From NCBI GenBank assembly GCA_964016885.1, contig OZ024741.1:325624001-325688000 (forward strand): 64,000 nucleotides of DNA. The letters are read 5' to 3'. Positions 12,601-24,283 of this stretch are shown here, in pieces (within the stretch, counting starts at the first letter, position 1; every line of letters begins with the position of its first letter). The stretch comes from Eledone cirrhosa (Eukaryota). The position numbers and the translations under genes were made by a program. The notes below the pieces were generated by a model that had not been told where the DNA came from, made no database searches, and saw nothing but the letters and a program-made list of their open reading frames with translations.

Positions 12601-13761
12601 TCACATATCCTATGGTTCTTCGTAGGTCAGCAATCTTTTTTCTATTTTAGTTATATATGATGGTATTTTTGGTGGTGTTTTGTTCTTGTTAATATCTCTG
12701 CTATCACCAAGATAATGCTTCACTGTCGTTGCTAGGTCATATAAACAGGCGTTGATTTGCCAAAATGTTGGGGTTTTTATCCGTCGTAAATATTCATCCC
12801 CTATTTCGTCAATAACACGTATTATTTCATTATTTGTTTTTTTATTAAATATTGTCGTTTTAACACGGTCAGCAAGAGAGATATTTATACATGAATTAAT
12901 TTCTCTCTGGAAGACTTCGTTAAGGGAAATTTTCAATTGTTTATACTTTTGATTATTATCATTATCGATAGTATTTTCCACAACAGTCGAGGTAGACTAG
13001 GATGGTACACGTGGTGTCAAATTTCTTCGATTATTATTATTATTTCTTCGATTATTATTGTTATCGATAGTGTTTTCCCCAGCATTCGAGGTAGACTTAC
13101 ATGGTACAGGTGGTGTCAAGTTTCTTACAAGCATAGCTGTTTCAAGGCGCTGTTCGACCTGGTTGCTAGGAAGTCTAGTAGCATGGCGACCTGTAACACG
13201 TGTTGTTGATCCCATGTTTGTTGTGGGGGACTTACAATTAATAATATTTATCTTATTTTTACGTTCAACAAACGTCGCTTGTTGGCGTAATTGTTACGCT
13301 GTGAAATAATTTAGCTCTGGGTGCATTTTGTCCCAGTGTAGCTTAATTTTGTTCATATAGCCAATGGAGGGATTGTTTTTTGCCATTTCATAACAATTAA
13401 ATAAATCATTAAGTTCGCAACTCCAAGAGAAATGCGATTTATAATTTCGGTTTCTTCTGTAGCTACAACTGAATAAAGTTTGTTTACCTTTCTTGTTGGT
13501 TGTCTTCGATACTTCCTTAATTTTGTTGTTGATGTTGTGTTCAGCCATGCTGTTTGTAGCAAATCCTTGTAAAATGAATTATGTATTTAGTCGGATATCT
13601 CTACGAATTCGAATAAAAGGTGTCTTCAGAAGATATAGTTAGAAGTTATTCAACATGACTGTAGTTGTGGCATTACTGTCGGGGATAGTATTCATCTTAA
13701 ATTTAATAAATAGTCTCCTACCCCAAAATATGCGACTGATCGCGTTGACTGTATCAATCAA
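9661..13761 (-). mobile_element. Decayed near full-length non-LTR retrotransposon with restriction-like endonuclease (R4/Dong-like)
   Basis: RT motifs (WLDYRKAFDYVPHSW, LSLNPLS, FVDDLKLYA, DIGMEFGQDKC, YRYLG), RLYL.RKQGGRGL, C..E.ITHVISSC...RHD zinc motif, and RHNRPDVMIWD..K....VEISCP nuclease motif near 10170-10240. Many stops and frameshifts; (TATG)n at both ends. Confidence 0.88.
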
Positions 13762-13879
13762 ATGTATGTATGTATGTATGTATGTATGTATGTATGTATG
13801 TATGTATGTATGTATGTATGTATGTATGCATGCATGTATGTATGTATGTATGGCAGTGGAGGAGTAGTTTCATCCAGTG

Positions 13880-13963
<84 letters not shown>

Positions 13964-13990
13964 GCACACGCACGCCCCCCCACACACACG
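13762..13990. repeat. (TATG)n then (CA)n microsatellites
   Basis: Simple repeats abutting the 5' end of the R4/Dong-like element. Confidence 0.95.
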
Positions 13991-14757
13991 TATATAATAT
14001 TTTTTCGTTAGTGTACAGATTAATGTATAAAAGGATAATTTCTGTTTAGAAGTAATACAACATTATCTATCATGTTGCTCAAAATATATTAATAACCCAT
14101 TGTTTATAATTATAAACATTGTTTAATAATTACTTCCGACAACTATTCTTTATTAATATATATCTATATATATATACTCACTGATATTTACCTAAATTCT
14201 GGGCCCCCAAAACATGGGGTCATGTTGGAATAAGCGGTGAGGTTGGGATTGAATAAGCAGGAGGGAGGTTTGGAAAATCGGTAATTTTTAACGGTTATCT
14301 CCCTTGATTCTTTTAAAAACTAGAACTAGTCGTTTGGTTTACATATTAAGATCGCAACCCATCCCGTTTATTTTATAATGTATGGGATTTCTAGTAATGT
14401 ACTTTTTTTTGTCATGTATAATGCTTTTTAATGTATAAAGAAAATTTATTGTCGTAGGAATGCTACCACTTAAAATAAAATTTCCCCGGAGATAGATTAA
14501 CACAATTTAATAAGCGGGGTTGTGTGGTGGAATAAAAGTGGATGGGGATTGGAAACAATCTGAAAAATTAATAAGCGGTGTGGGATGTGTGTGTGACAAT
14601 TATTTGAGACTCGAGAGCATTTATGGTAGTACGGATACAAATATCCTAACGAAACAAGGTGAAAAACGTTTTTGTTTTTGTGGCAAAATGGCATCGTATT
14701 AGATTTTGTTGAGTATTCTAAAGAAATACAGAGTTCGATATACAGGTTGAACAATGA

Positions 14758-14788
<31 letters not shown>

Positions 14789-14840
14789 AGGTTTTGTGTT
14801 TAATTACGATCAGTGAAAAGGATCTATTTTATAGACTCAT

Positions 14841-15228
14841 AATTATTTCTACTTTTGGCACAAGGCCAGCAATTATCCTAGTGTATTACTGGTGCTTTAT
14901 TTTCTCGACCCCGTAAGGATGAAAGGCAAAGTACCTCGGCGGGATTTGAACTCAGAAGTAAAGGGCCATAATTCTATGCTGCAAAGCTTGGTGTCTGACG
15001 CTCCACCGATTTTGCCAATCCACCGCCTTTCGAGGCTAATAATTGTTTCTACTTTTAGCACAAGGCCAGCAATCATCCCAGTGCATTACTGGTACTTTAT
15101 TTGATCGACCCCGTAAGGATAAAAGGCAAAGTTAACCTCAGCAGAATTTAAAATCAGACTGTAAAGGGCCGTAACTCTATACTGTAAAGCATGGTGTCGG
15201 ACCCTCTACCGAAACTGCCAATCTACCA
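14841..15228 (-). mobile_element. Two tandem SINE family A copies
   Basis: Two successive reverse-complement matches to 18796-18984 (14841-15027 and 15041-15228). Confidence 0.85.
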
Positions 15229-15529
15229 ATGTGGAGTTAGAAGGTTTTCAGGGAAGAAACCCCACTCAAGCCAGTGTTTTGGCTCTTAACTTTTAATGGT
15301 TGAACATAACTGGTATCGATTAGTCAATATATCATTGCTGAAATGTCCGTATGGCTCTATTTTTTGTTAACTTACGCCTCACTTGTACATGTAGAAAGTA
15401 AAAAAATTATTTTGAGAAGGAAGGGATTGAGTGGAATGAACTTGAAAGCGAGAAATATATTGTAAACACACTTTAACGTGTGAAGATGTGTGTGTATGTG
15501 TGTGTAATGTGTGTGTGTGTATGGGTGGT

Positions 15530-15730
15530 GAATCTTCGTCGGCTCCGACGACGAGTGTTCCCGAAGTTTGATAAACTGAATAGCCTGCTTGTGAGATTAA
15601 CGTGCACACAGTTAAGTGTCCTATATACGCATGTACTATTAACGTAGTTCTCAGCGAGATTCCCGGTGACACAAGGTGTATGTCAAGTCTGGTTCTTTGA
15701 ATAGGTACAACCCATTTTCTTCAGTTAAAA
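15530..15730 (-). mobile_element. Probable second SINE family (3' part)
   Basis: Reverse complement resembles 16075-16178 (..gcagg...tcgtcgt.accga.g..). Family assignment from recall only. Confidence 0.5.
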
Positions 15731-15789
15731 GTACTGGATTAATTTTCGCTTGCCTAAAAATACTGAGCTTAGTTCCAATATTTACAAAT

Positions 15790-16003
15790 GCGGCGGATTA
15801 ACAGAATCGGTAAAGCGACGGACAACGTTTTGTGGCATCGAGTTATGTTCCTTTATGTTCTGAGTTCAAATCCCACCATGTTAGTTTTGTCTTTCATTCT
15901 TACGGGGTCAATAAAATAAAGTACCAGTAAGGCACTAGGGTCGATTTAATCGACTTCCCCATCCCCACAAATTTTTAGCCTTGTTCCTAAATCAGAAACC
16001 ATT
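15790..16003 (+). mobile_element. SINE family A-related copy
   Basis: B-box gagttcaaatcc, ggggtcaataaaataaagtaccag core, tail ccttgttcctaaatcagaaacc. Confidence 0.8.
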
Positions 16004-16507
16004 ATAAATGCATTTATAACTTTGCCTTTGTATTACCTGTGATATATTTCTGTTTTTGTTTTCTCGAAGATCATATACGGCGTGTCTCTGGAATGTTGAG
16101 TCGCTTTCAAGTAATATCTATGAGCAGGGCGTTCCATTAATCGAACAACCAGAACATTCATCGTCGTAACCGATGAGGTCTCTTCTTTGAAAACAAAACC
16201 TGGTGTATTAATTAAGCTTTGGTTTTAGAAAATCAAGTCTCTTAACAATTTTCTGAGTTGAAAATACAACACTTTTAGAAATTCTCTAAAATTGATTTTA
16301 TATTATTATTACTCTTAAATGAAAAAAAAATAACATTAATAAAATTCGAAGAAAAATTCTACGCATTTTATTATATAGTCTTTATTGTGGATGTTTTTTA
16401 AATTTTGTATGGGATGTGGTTATTTTTCCATTTTTGTTTAATATTAAAATAAAAATTACTTTAATCTAAAAACAAAGTTTAGTTGTGTATTGTCTGAAAT
16501 ATGAAAG

Positions 16508-16710
<203 letters not shown>

Positions 16711-17942
16711 GCACTAGAAAGGAAAAAAAACAAACACGATAAATCAATAATTTGAGAAAAAGGAAATAAATGAAGAAAAGAAGACAAACAGCAATTTTGG
16801 GAATTCCCTCGGTGTCATGTACTACAATCCTTGAAGAAATAACAGAAGAAAAATAGAGAAATGAAAAAAAAAACAAGAGAACGTATAACAAAAAAGGTTA
16901 GACAAATATTTGTGAAAAATGGCCGCCAACGTAATTCTAATCCTTAATGGAAAAAGAAAACATCTCCTCTCCCAGTTGTTTTGTGGCAATCAGATGAGAA
17001 ATAAATGATTGAATGTATTGGAAGGGGCTGATGGATAAATTGATGGAAATGGAAATCTGAAATTCAATTACTAGTTCAATTTGTTCCTTTCTCTCCTACC
17101 TTTTTTATGTATTGTTTTTCCATTCACTTCATAATCTGTCAAGCGATACAGTTAGGACAGAATCGACAACCGACAATCGACAGTGTGACTGACTGCTGAG
17201 CAAAGCTGGATAGTTTTTATCGTAAAATATGTGCACGAAACACGTTACCTGTGCAACAAAGAATAAATTTCACTTCTCAAAAAAATAAATATCACTATAT
17301 CGAATATATTTCCTGTCAAATATGTTCCTTCACATAATGTATATTTATCTAAGGAATTTGTTCTGTATTTATAAATATACTGTAAACCTAATTTCCAGAA
17401 ATATATATTATGTAGTTAGAAAATAAATGATTCCATTCAATATGAGAACATAGTTCCAGCCAGCCTTGCTCAAAATATCGTTTCGGTTATATCCTTTGCA
17501 TCAAATAATATTTTTCGATCCTTCCCTTTTTCTGTAAAGACAATTGGTACTAATATTCTGTAGAAATGGTCCAGTGTGGTAGCTTGACAGAAACTAAGTA
17601 TAGAAACAAGTAAATATTGAAAAAATATACAACAAAAACATTTCATCTTTCAATGAAATAGGAGTGATTGCTTATTTTCACAAAATGGTTGTGATTGCTT
17701 ATTTTCATACAATGAATGTCATTACATATTTTCACACAATAACTCAAATCATGGCTCAGAATGCGTCAGTTTCTCCCTGAACTATAATTTGAAAAATTCT
17801 GCTTTAGAGTAATGATTCTAAAACTTATTCAGTCACGGAATTCTTATACGATTTTCCAAAAATCACAGAACCCGTACGAATATTTTAGGTACATTCACAC
17901 TACCTTAATATTAATAAGACATTAAATGGAACCAAAATTAAC

Positions 17943-18000
<58 letters not shown>

Positions 18001-18795
18001 AGAGAGAGAATTTATTCACAAAAAAGAAGCATAAAATATTAAATTAAAAAAATAAATCTTACCTCGCAAAACCCGAGAAGAAATTCTCGGGTTTCTCGTA
18101 AGCAATTTTAAGAGAAACTGCTCTAGAGAAAAGATCCTGCCCTTACAGTCGAACGATTTCTACTTTTATCTCGTTGGGTCTTCGTAGATGTTAGCAACAT
18201 ACACGTTTTCTGGGTCTGACTGTCTCATACCAGTCAATATAGTATCGAAATTATAGGCCCCAAATTGTTTTAGTGTAAAGCTAAAACACTCTGTTATAAA
18301 CAGTTGTACAGCGTGTTACATAATTTTACTCATGCACACATTGTCCTATTTACACAAGCAGTTGGTTTATTGTATATATTGTATGGATGTATGGACCCGT
18401 AACACCTGAGGGAGTCGTAGGGGCGCTGTGCATTTACATTCAGCCTTTCTAGGGTATTTTAAATTTGGTGACGCCCATCTGTCTTCAGGTTTGAATGTAG
18501 CAGATTTATTCGACAGAGGGATAGAAAGAGTGAAAAAATGGATGTGATAAAGCGATAAGAAGAATCAACCCAAATTCTTGACTGGTACTATTTTATCAAA
18601 CTGGAATAGATGACATGCAAAGTTGGCCTGAACGAGATTTGAAACGAAACGAAAACCGCGAAGCATTCTATCCGACATATATTTATGTGATATACATTGA
18701 AAGGGAAGTTTTCCGTCTATATCAATAACACAAGAGCACATTAAATCACATATTATTATGTATAGTATTATGGAGGTATTATATGTATGGTATTA

Positions 18796-18984
18796 GGGCG
18801 GGGGATTGGCAGTATCGGCAGAGGGTCGGACGTCATGCTTTGACGCATAGAGTTACGCCCCTTGCCATTCTGAGTTCAAATCCAGCCGAGGTTAACTTTG
18901 CCTTTCATCCTTACGGGGTCGATAAAATAAAGTACCAGTAATACACTGGGTAATTGCTGGCCTTGTGCCAAAAGTAGAAACAAT
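18796..18984 (+). mobile_element. Full-length tRNA-derived SINE family A with 14-bp target-site duplication
   Basis: A-box TGGCAGTATCGG, B-box GAGTTCAAATCC, central tttgcctttcatccttacggggtcgataaaataaagtaccag (resembles the MetaSINE domain, from recall), TSD tatgtatggtatta at 18782-18795 and 18985-18998. Confidence 0.9.
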
Positions 18985-19106
18985 TATGTATGGTATTATG
19001 GTATTATGGTCATAAGAAGAATCTTAAATTGAAAAATCTAATTAGACTGAAAATGTAACCACTAAAACATTCACTATTTTCAAATGTAAAAATATCATTT
19101 ACTGAA

Positions 19107-19188
19107 GGCTGCGGACAGGATTCGAACCTGTGCGGGAATAACCCATTGGATTTTAAGTCCAACGCCCTAACCACTCAGCCACCACAGA
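19107..19188 (-). pseudogene. tRNA-Ser-body gene with TAA anticodon (probable pseudogene of Ser-TGA)
   Basis: TCTGTGGTGGCTGAGTGGTTAGGGCGTTGGACT-TAA-AATCCAATGGGTTATTCCCGCACAGGTTCGAATCCTGTCCGCAGCC; long variable arm; G1 and G73 mutated. Confidence 0.8.
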
Positions 19189-19578
19189 TACACACCACAA
19201 CCATTTTACTGAACACTTTTATTTATTCACCCATTCTCGTACATATAGAGAGAGTGGTAGTAATTTTAATTCAATTTGAATAAAATAAAATATAGTAGAT
19301 TGTTTAATATTAACTGGAGTATCACTTAACTTCTCTCTGAAAAATAATTAGTGTAAGCTTTCAAAGCTGAAGACAACTTAGAGATATTGTCACCTGAAGT
19401 TGTCCATGATATATAAAGATTTTTCAACGAGAAATGGAAGAATATATGATAAACAATAGGTATTTATTAAAAAATAATTACGTTATAACATTTATATTGC
19501 CACAGTGTACAAGACAATGGTTTATATATTGTTTTATTAAATGTCACCCAAACGTTTGCCATTATTTATTCATAAAAA

Positions 19579-19760
19579 GGGCGGTGGATTGGCAGCATCG
19601 GTAGAGGGTCAGACGCCATGCTTTGACGCATAGAGTTACGCCCTTTCCATTCTGAGTTCAAATCCCGCCGAAGTTAACTTTGCCTTTCATCCTTACGGGG
19701 TCGATAAAATAAAGTAATGCACTGGGTAATTACTGGCCTGTGCCAAATGTAGATACAATG
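19579..19760 (+). mobile_element. Full-length SINE family A with 13-bp TSD
   Basis: Matches 18796-18984; TSD atttattcataaa at 19564-19576 and 19761-19773. Confidence 0.9.
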
Positions 19761-19955
19761 ATTTATTCATAAATGTACATTTTCATTTAATTCATAAATT
19801 AATAATCTAGTATTTGCAGCATATATAACAGGTGTCTAACAATCATACACATTTCTTTTCCTTGTGAAGCTTAGTTTTTTGAGATTTCTAAAATATTTTA
19901 TGCAGCACGTTTTATAAAAATACAATATAGTTAAAAACTGTACCATTGTCGTGTA

Positions 19956-20037
19956 GCTGTGATGGCCGAGTGGTTAAGGCGTTGGACTCGAAATCCAATG
20001 GGATAATCCCGCACAGGTTCGAATCCTGTTCACAGCG
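19956..20037 (+). tRNA. tRNA-Ser-CGA: tRNA-Ser(CGA), intact
   Basis: 82 nt; acceptor GCTGTGA/TCACAGC, anticodon arm TTGGA-CT CGA AA-TCCAA, variable arm GGGAT..TCCC, T arm ACAGG-TTCGAAT-CCTGT, G73; T-runs immediately downstream. Confidence 0.96.
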
Positions 20038-20149
20038 ATTGGTTTTATTTTACTCAATTTAAATTTTTACATTGGTAATTTACGAATATTTCGTATTAGA
20101 ATGTTCAATATAGAAGACTTCGTATTACCATAATACTATATGTTTGAAG

Positions 20150-20307
20150 TCCGCGAATTGGCAGAATCTTTAGAACGTTGAATAACATACTTTGTGGTGT
20201 TCACTTCAACTTTCTGTTCTCTGCGTTCAAATCCTGACAAGTTCAACTTTGCCTTTTATCTATTCGAGGTCGATAAAAAAAGTGCATACCTAGTACTGGG
20301 ATCGATT
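20150..20307 (+). mobile_element. Diverged SINE family A-related copy
   Basis: ttggcagaatc...gttcaaatcc...ctttgcctttt..gaggtcgataaaa. Confidence 0.7.
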
Positions 20308-21023
20308 ATTTCTCTCTATCTCTTTCTCACTTCCATTCTCTCATTTTCTATCCTTCTCTGAATGAGACCTGGAGAGCAATGGGATCCGCCATGTTTTAAA
20401 TTGTCCTCTGTCAATACGGCGCCCATACGACCTCATCAGGAGTTACGGGACCTATGATTTTATGTTTTCTTTAGTTATCGATATTGACAGTGTTCCCTGT
20501 CTCTCAATATAGATCAATATTAAATCTCCTAAAATCCTCCCTAAATCATAAATATATCTTTTAATGCAACATGTGTGAAGAGGAGAATAAGGGACACGTT
20601 TTTATATGATATACATTGAAAAGGTTGGAACTCCGTCTATAACAGTAACACAAGAGCACATAAAATAAAATATTATATATGATATGATAATAAAAAGTAT
20701 TAACCAATCGCCATAACACTCAGCCACCACAGCTGTACCTTAAAATAATCTTGATCAACAATTTTATTGAGTCGTCAATTCTCGTAGAAATATTTTAAAT
20801 TCAATTTGAATGAGAAATATCGTAGATTGTTTAATATTAATTGAAGTATCACTTAGTTTCACTCTGAAAAATAAGTGTGAGATTTCGAAGTTGAAGTTGA
20901 CTTTGAGATATTTTCACGTGAAGTCGTCCATTATATATAACGATTTTTCAACGAGAAATACAAGAGCATTCGTGAAACAATAAATAGTTATCTTATTAAT
21001 AAATATTTTTTACAAAATAATTA

Positions 21024-21190
21024 CCGTATTTCCCGGCGCCGAAGACGCTTCGTTCTCGAGGACGCACCCTAATTTTGACTACCAAAAATTTGAAAAAAAA
21101 TAATAAACAACCTTCGGCCTCCAGACACATGCTAGATTGTTGAGACTTATTTTAGTAAAAAAGTAGCGTCTTAGACGCCGGGAAATACTG
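21024..21190. mobile_element. MITE, Tc1/mariner (Tc2/pogo-like) type
   Basis: TIRs ccgtatttcccggcg / cgccgggaaatactg, TA duplicated on both sides; paralogous empty site aaaataatTAcgtt at ~19471. Confidence 0.88.
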
Positions 21191-21259
21191 TACGTTGTAT
21201 CAGCTACATCGACGCAGTGTTCAAAATGTTGGTTTGTGTGTCAGTTTATTAGATATCAC

Positions 21260-21305
21260 ACAAATGTGCGCCATTATTTATGAATAAATAATGGCGCACA
21301 TTTGT
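21260..21305. repeat. Perfect hairpin at the orientation switch of the tRNA cluster
   Basis: acaaatgtgcgccattattta-tgaa-taaataatggcgcacatttgt. Confidence 0.93.
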
Positions 21306-21851
21306 CCTGTTCGCACCGATACACAACATTTTTTTCTTTAGATATATTTCAACTGATATTTTTACATTTGAAAATCATGAATCTTTTAGTTGTTATATTT
21401 TTATCACTTTATATTGTTCTATTCAAAATATGTCGTATCACCATAACAACACACACAGTAATATTTGATTATAGTTTCTGTGTTCTTACTGATATAGACG
21501 GAGTTCTTTCCCTCTAAACGTCTATCGCATAAATACGTCTTTTATTCTCTTTTCCCCACATATTTAATTCAATGATATGTTTATATTTTGGGGAGAATTT
21601 GTTGGGTATTTATATTGTTGGTGTAATAATATAGAATGTGTGAAGAAGTGACAATAGGACACAATGATCGACATTGAGAGATAAGGAACATTGTTTATAT
21701 CAATAACAAAACAAAACATAATATCAAAGATATATAGTATTATGACAAAACGAAGTATTCTATATTGAACCATGTAATATGAAATAATCAAAATATTCGT
21801 GATTATCTTATGTTAAAAAGTTAAATTGAGAAAAAAAAAAGCGTAGATATG

Positions 21852-21933
21852 CGCTGTGAACAGGATTCGACCTTGGGCGGTAATATACCATTGTAATTCG
21901 AGTCCAACGTCTTAACTACTCAGCCATCGTAAC
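21852..21933 (-). pseudogene. tRNA-Ser(CGA) pseudogene
   Basis: Full-length homologue with mismatches in the acceptor, anticodon and T stems. Confidence 0.85.
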
Positions 21934-22728
21934 TACATGCAGCGGTTGTTGTATTTGACAATGTTGAACATTTATAAAATGTGGTACAGGAAATATATTA
22001 GAAATAGGAAAAAAAATAAACTTCACAAGAAAAAGAATTTCATGTGATTATTAGTCACGTGTTATATACGAGGAAAACACTAGGTTATAAATTTGAGAAT
22101 TAAATAACAATCGAAGTTATGGGTTAATAAATGGTTTCTAATTTTGGTTCCTGATTTAAGCAGAAAGCAATGAGTTTTTGGAGAGGGGTAAATCTATTAT
22201 ATCGACACCAGTTCATTACTGGTACTTTATTCTAACGAGCCAGTTAAGATGAAAGGCAAAGCTAACTTCGGTGGGATTTGAAATCAGAACGTGAAAGGAC
22301 GTAACTATATGCTGCGGAGCTTGTTGTCCGACATATACTGAGTCCATTGGCTCTATGTGTATATAAAGGCATATATTTGTGTGACATTTAATAAAAAGAT
22401 ATATATAAACCAACGCATTAAACACTGTGTCATTGAAACTCATAGAACGTAATTATTTTGAAATAAATATTTATTAATAAGATATTATTTCTCAAATGTT
22501 CTAGTTCTCGTTGAAAAAACCTTTATACGTCATAGACAAATTGACAAGAAAAAATCTCAGTCATCCACAACTTTGAAATCTTGACTATATTTCTCAGAGT
22601 GAAGCTAAACGATACTCAAGTTGATCTTAAACAATTTACAAATCAAACGAAAATTATTAAACCGCTCTCTATAAGTACGAGAATGGAGGAATAAATAAAA
22701 GTGTTGATCAAGATAGCAGTGACTAACA

Positions 22729-22811
22729 GCTGTGGTGGCCGAGTGGTTAAGGCTTTGGACTTGAAAATCCAATGGGATATTCCCTCATAGCTTCGAGTCC
22801 TTTCCTCAGCG
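22729..22811 (+). pseudogene. tRNA-Ser(TGA) pseudogene
   Basis: Extra base in the anticodon loop, damaged T arm and B box. Confidence 0.85.
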
Positions 22812-23317
22812 TTCGTTAAATGTTTTCATCAGATATTTCCACATACGAAACTCATGAATATTTTTGTTGTTACATTTTTGGTCCCTTTATATTGTTCCAT
22901 TTAAAATATTTTGTGTTACCATAATACCATACTTAATAATTGTTTCTACTTTAGGCACAAGGCCAGCAATTACCCAGTGCATTACTGGTACTTTATTTTA
23001 TATTTCCTTAATGTATTTCACATAAATATGGGTTTTCTATTCTCCTTATGTTTTCTATTCTCCTTATACTTATGTTTATGTTTTGGGGTGTGTTTGGTGG
23101 GTATTAATATTGTTGATGTAATAATATAGCATGTGTGAAGAAGTCACAATAGGACACATATTTCAATGATCTACATTGAGAGAAAGGGAACACTGTTTAT
23201 ATCAGTAACAAAAGAACACATGATATGAAAGATATCTAGAATTATGGTAATATGAAGTAGTCTACATTGAACCATGTAATATACAAGAATCAAAATATTC
23301 CTGATTAATTAATGTAA

Positions 23318-23424
23318 TAGGATATAATCAATGATGTGCCATTGTTTGGAACGAGGATGCATTCAGGTTGTTTTCAAACTGTCCGTCTGCAGAACGATGG
23401 TGCTCGTGATGACGAGTTCAGCGT
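23318..23424 (-). mobile_element. ~107-bp RTE-like LINE endonuclease fragment
   Basis: Close match to 44037-44149 (HPRSK.WH.IDYIL motif). Confidence 0.8.
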
Positions 23425-23655
23425 GATAACGAGTTGTGTGAAGAAGTCACAATAGGGCGCATGTTTCAATAATCTACATTGAGAGATAGGGAACACATTT
23501 TATATCATTAACAAAAGAATACATGATCTCAAATATATATAGAATTAAGATAATGCAAAGTATTCTATAATATAGTGAACCATCTAATATGAAATAAGCA
23601 AAATATTCGTGTTTATCTAATGTAAAACACGCAACTGAGTAAACAGGCATTTAAA

Positions 23656-23737
23656 CGCTGTAAACAGGATTCGAACCTGTGCGGGAATATCCCATTGGAT
23701 TTCGAGTCCAACGCCTTAACCACTCGGCCATTACAGC
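23656..23737 (-). tRNA. tRNA-Ser-CGA: tRNA-Ser(CGA), intact (A6-U67 variant)
   Basis: GCTGTAATGGCCGAGTGGTTAAGGCGTTGGACTCGAAATCCAATGGGATATTCCCGCACAGGTTCGAATCCTGTTTACAGCG; all stems paired. Confidence 0.95.
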
Positions 23738-24201
23738 TCTATAAAAAGACTTGCGTATTTGCCGATATTATATTTTTTTTTGTGCCTAAAGTAGAAACAA
23801 TTATATTTTTATAGAACGTGGTATACGCTGGACCAAAAGTCACTTCCTATTAAAAAAATTTAATAATTCTTTTTATTATGAAAGTTATATATTTTTTTCT
23901 TTCACACTAATGTTGAATTAAAACAATATAGAATTATGAAATTTGATTTAAAGATAAAAAAGTTAGTTTTGAGTTAATTTGTAATGTTTTATTAATACAA
24001 ATATGGAAACATTTTTATATATCATTGACTAGCCCACGCAAAATATCTCGAACTCATGTTCAACTTGGAAATCTCTCATTTATTATTTTTCAGAGAGAAG
24101 TTAAGTGTTATCCCAGTTAATCCTAAACAACTTACGATATATGTTCATTCTCTATATGGACGAAAATAGGGGAATAAATGAAAATGTAGAAGCCGATTTT
24201 A

Positions 24202-24283
24202 GCTGTGGTGGACGAGTGGTTAAGACGTTGGAATTAATATTCAATGTGATATTCTGATGCTGGTTCGAATTCTGTCAGTTGCC
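24202..24283 (+). pseudogene. tRNA-Ser pseudogene (anticodon loop destroyed)
   Basis: gctgtggtggacgagtggttaagacgttggaattaat...ggttcgaat. Confidence 0.8.

Noticed and set aside
17130-18070. Possible minus-strand exons (donor-like ttacctg at ~17245, cttacctc at ~18058)
   Set aside because: No supporting ORF or acceptor pattern; cannot be supported without transcripts.
20395-20445. CTGATGAG on the minus strand as a further hammerhead (also ~11255 and ~46685)
   Set aside because: No correctly placed GAAA box after a stem II.
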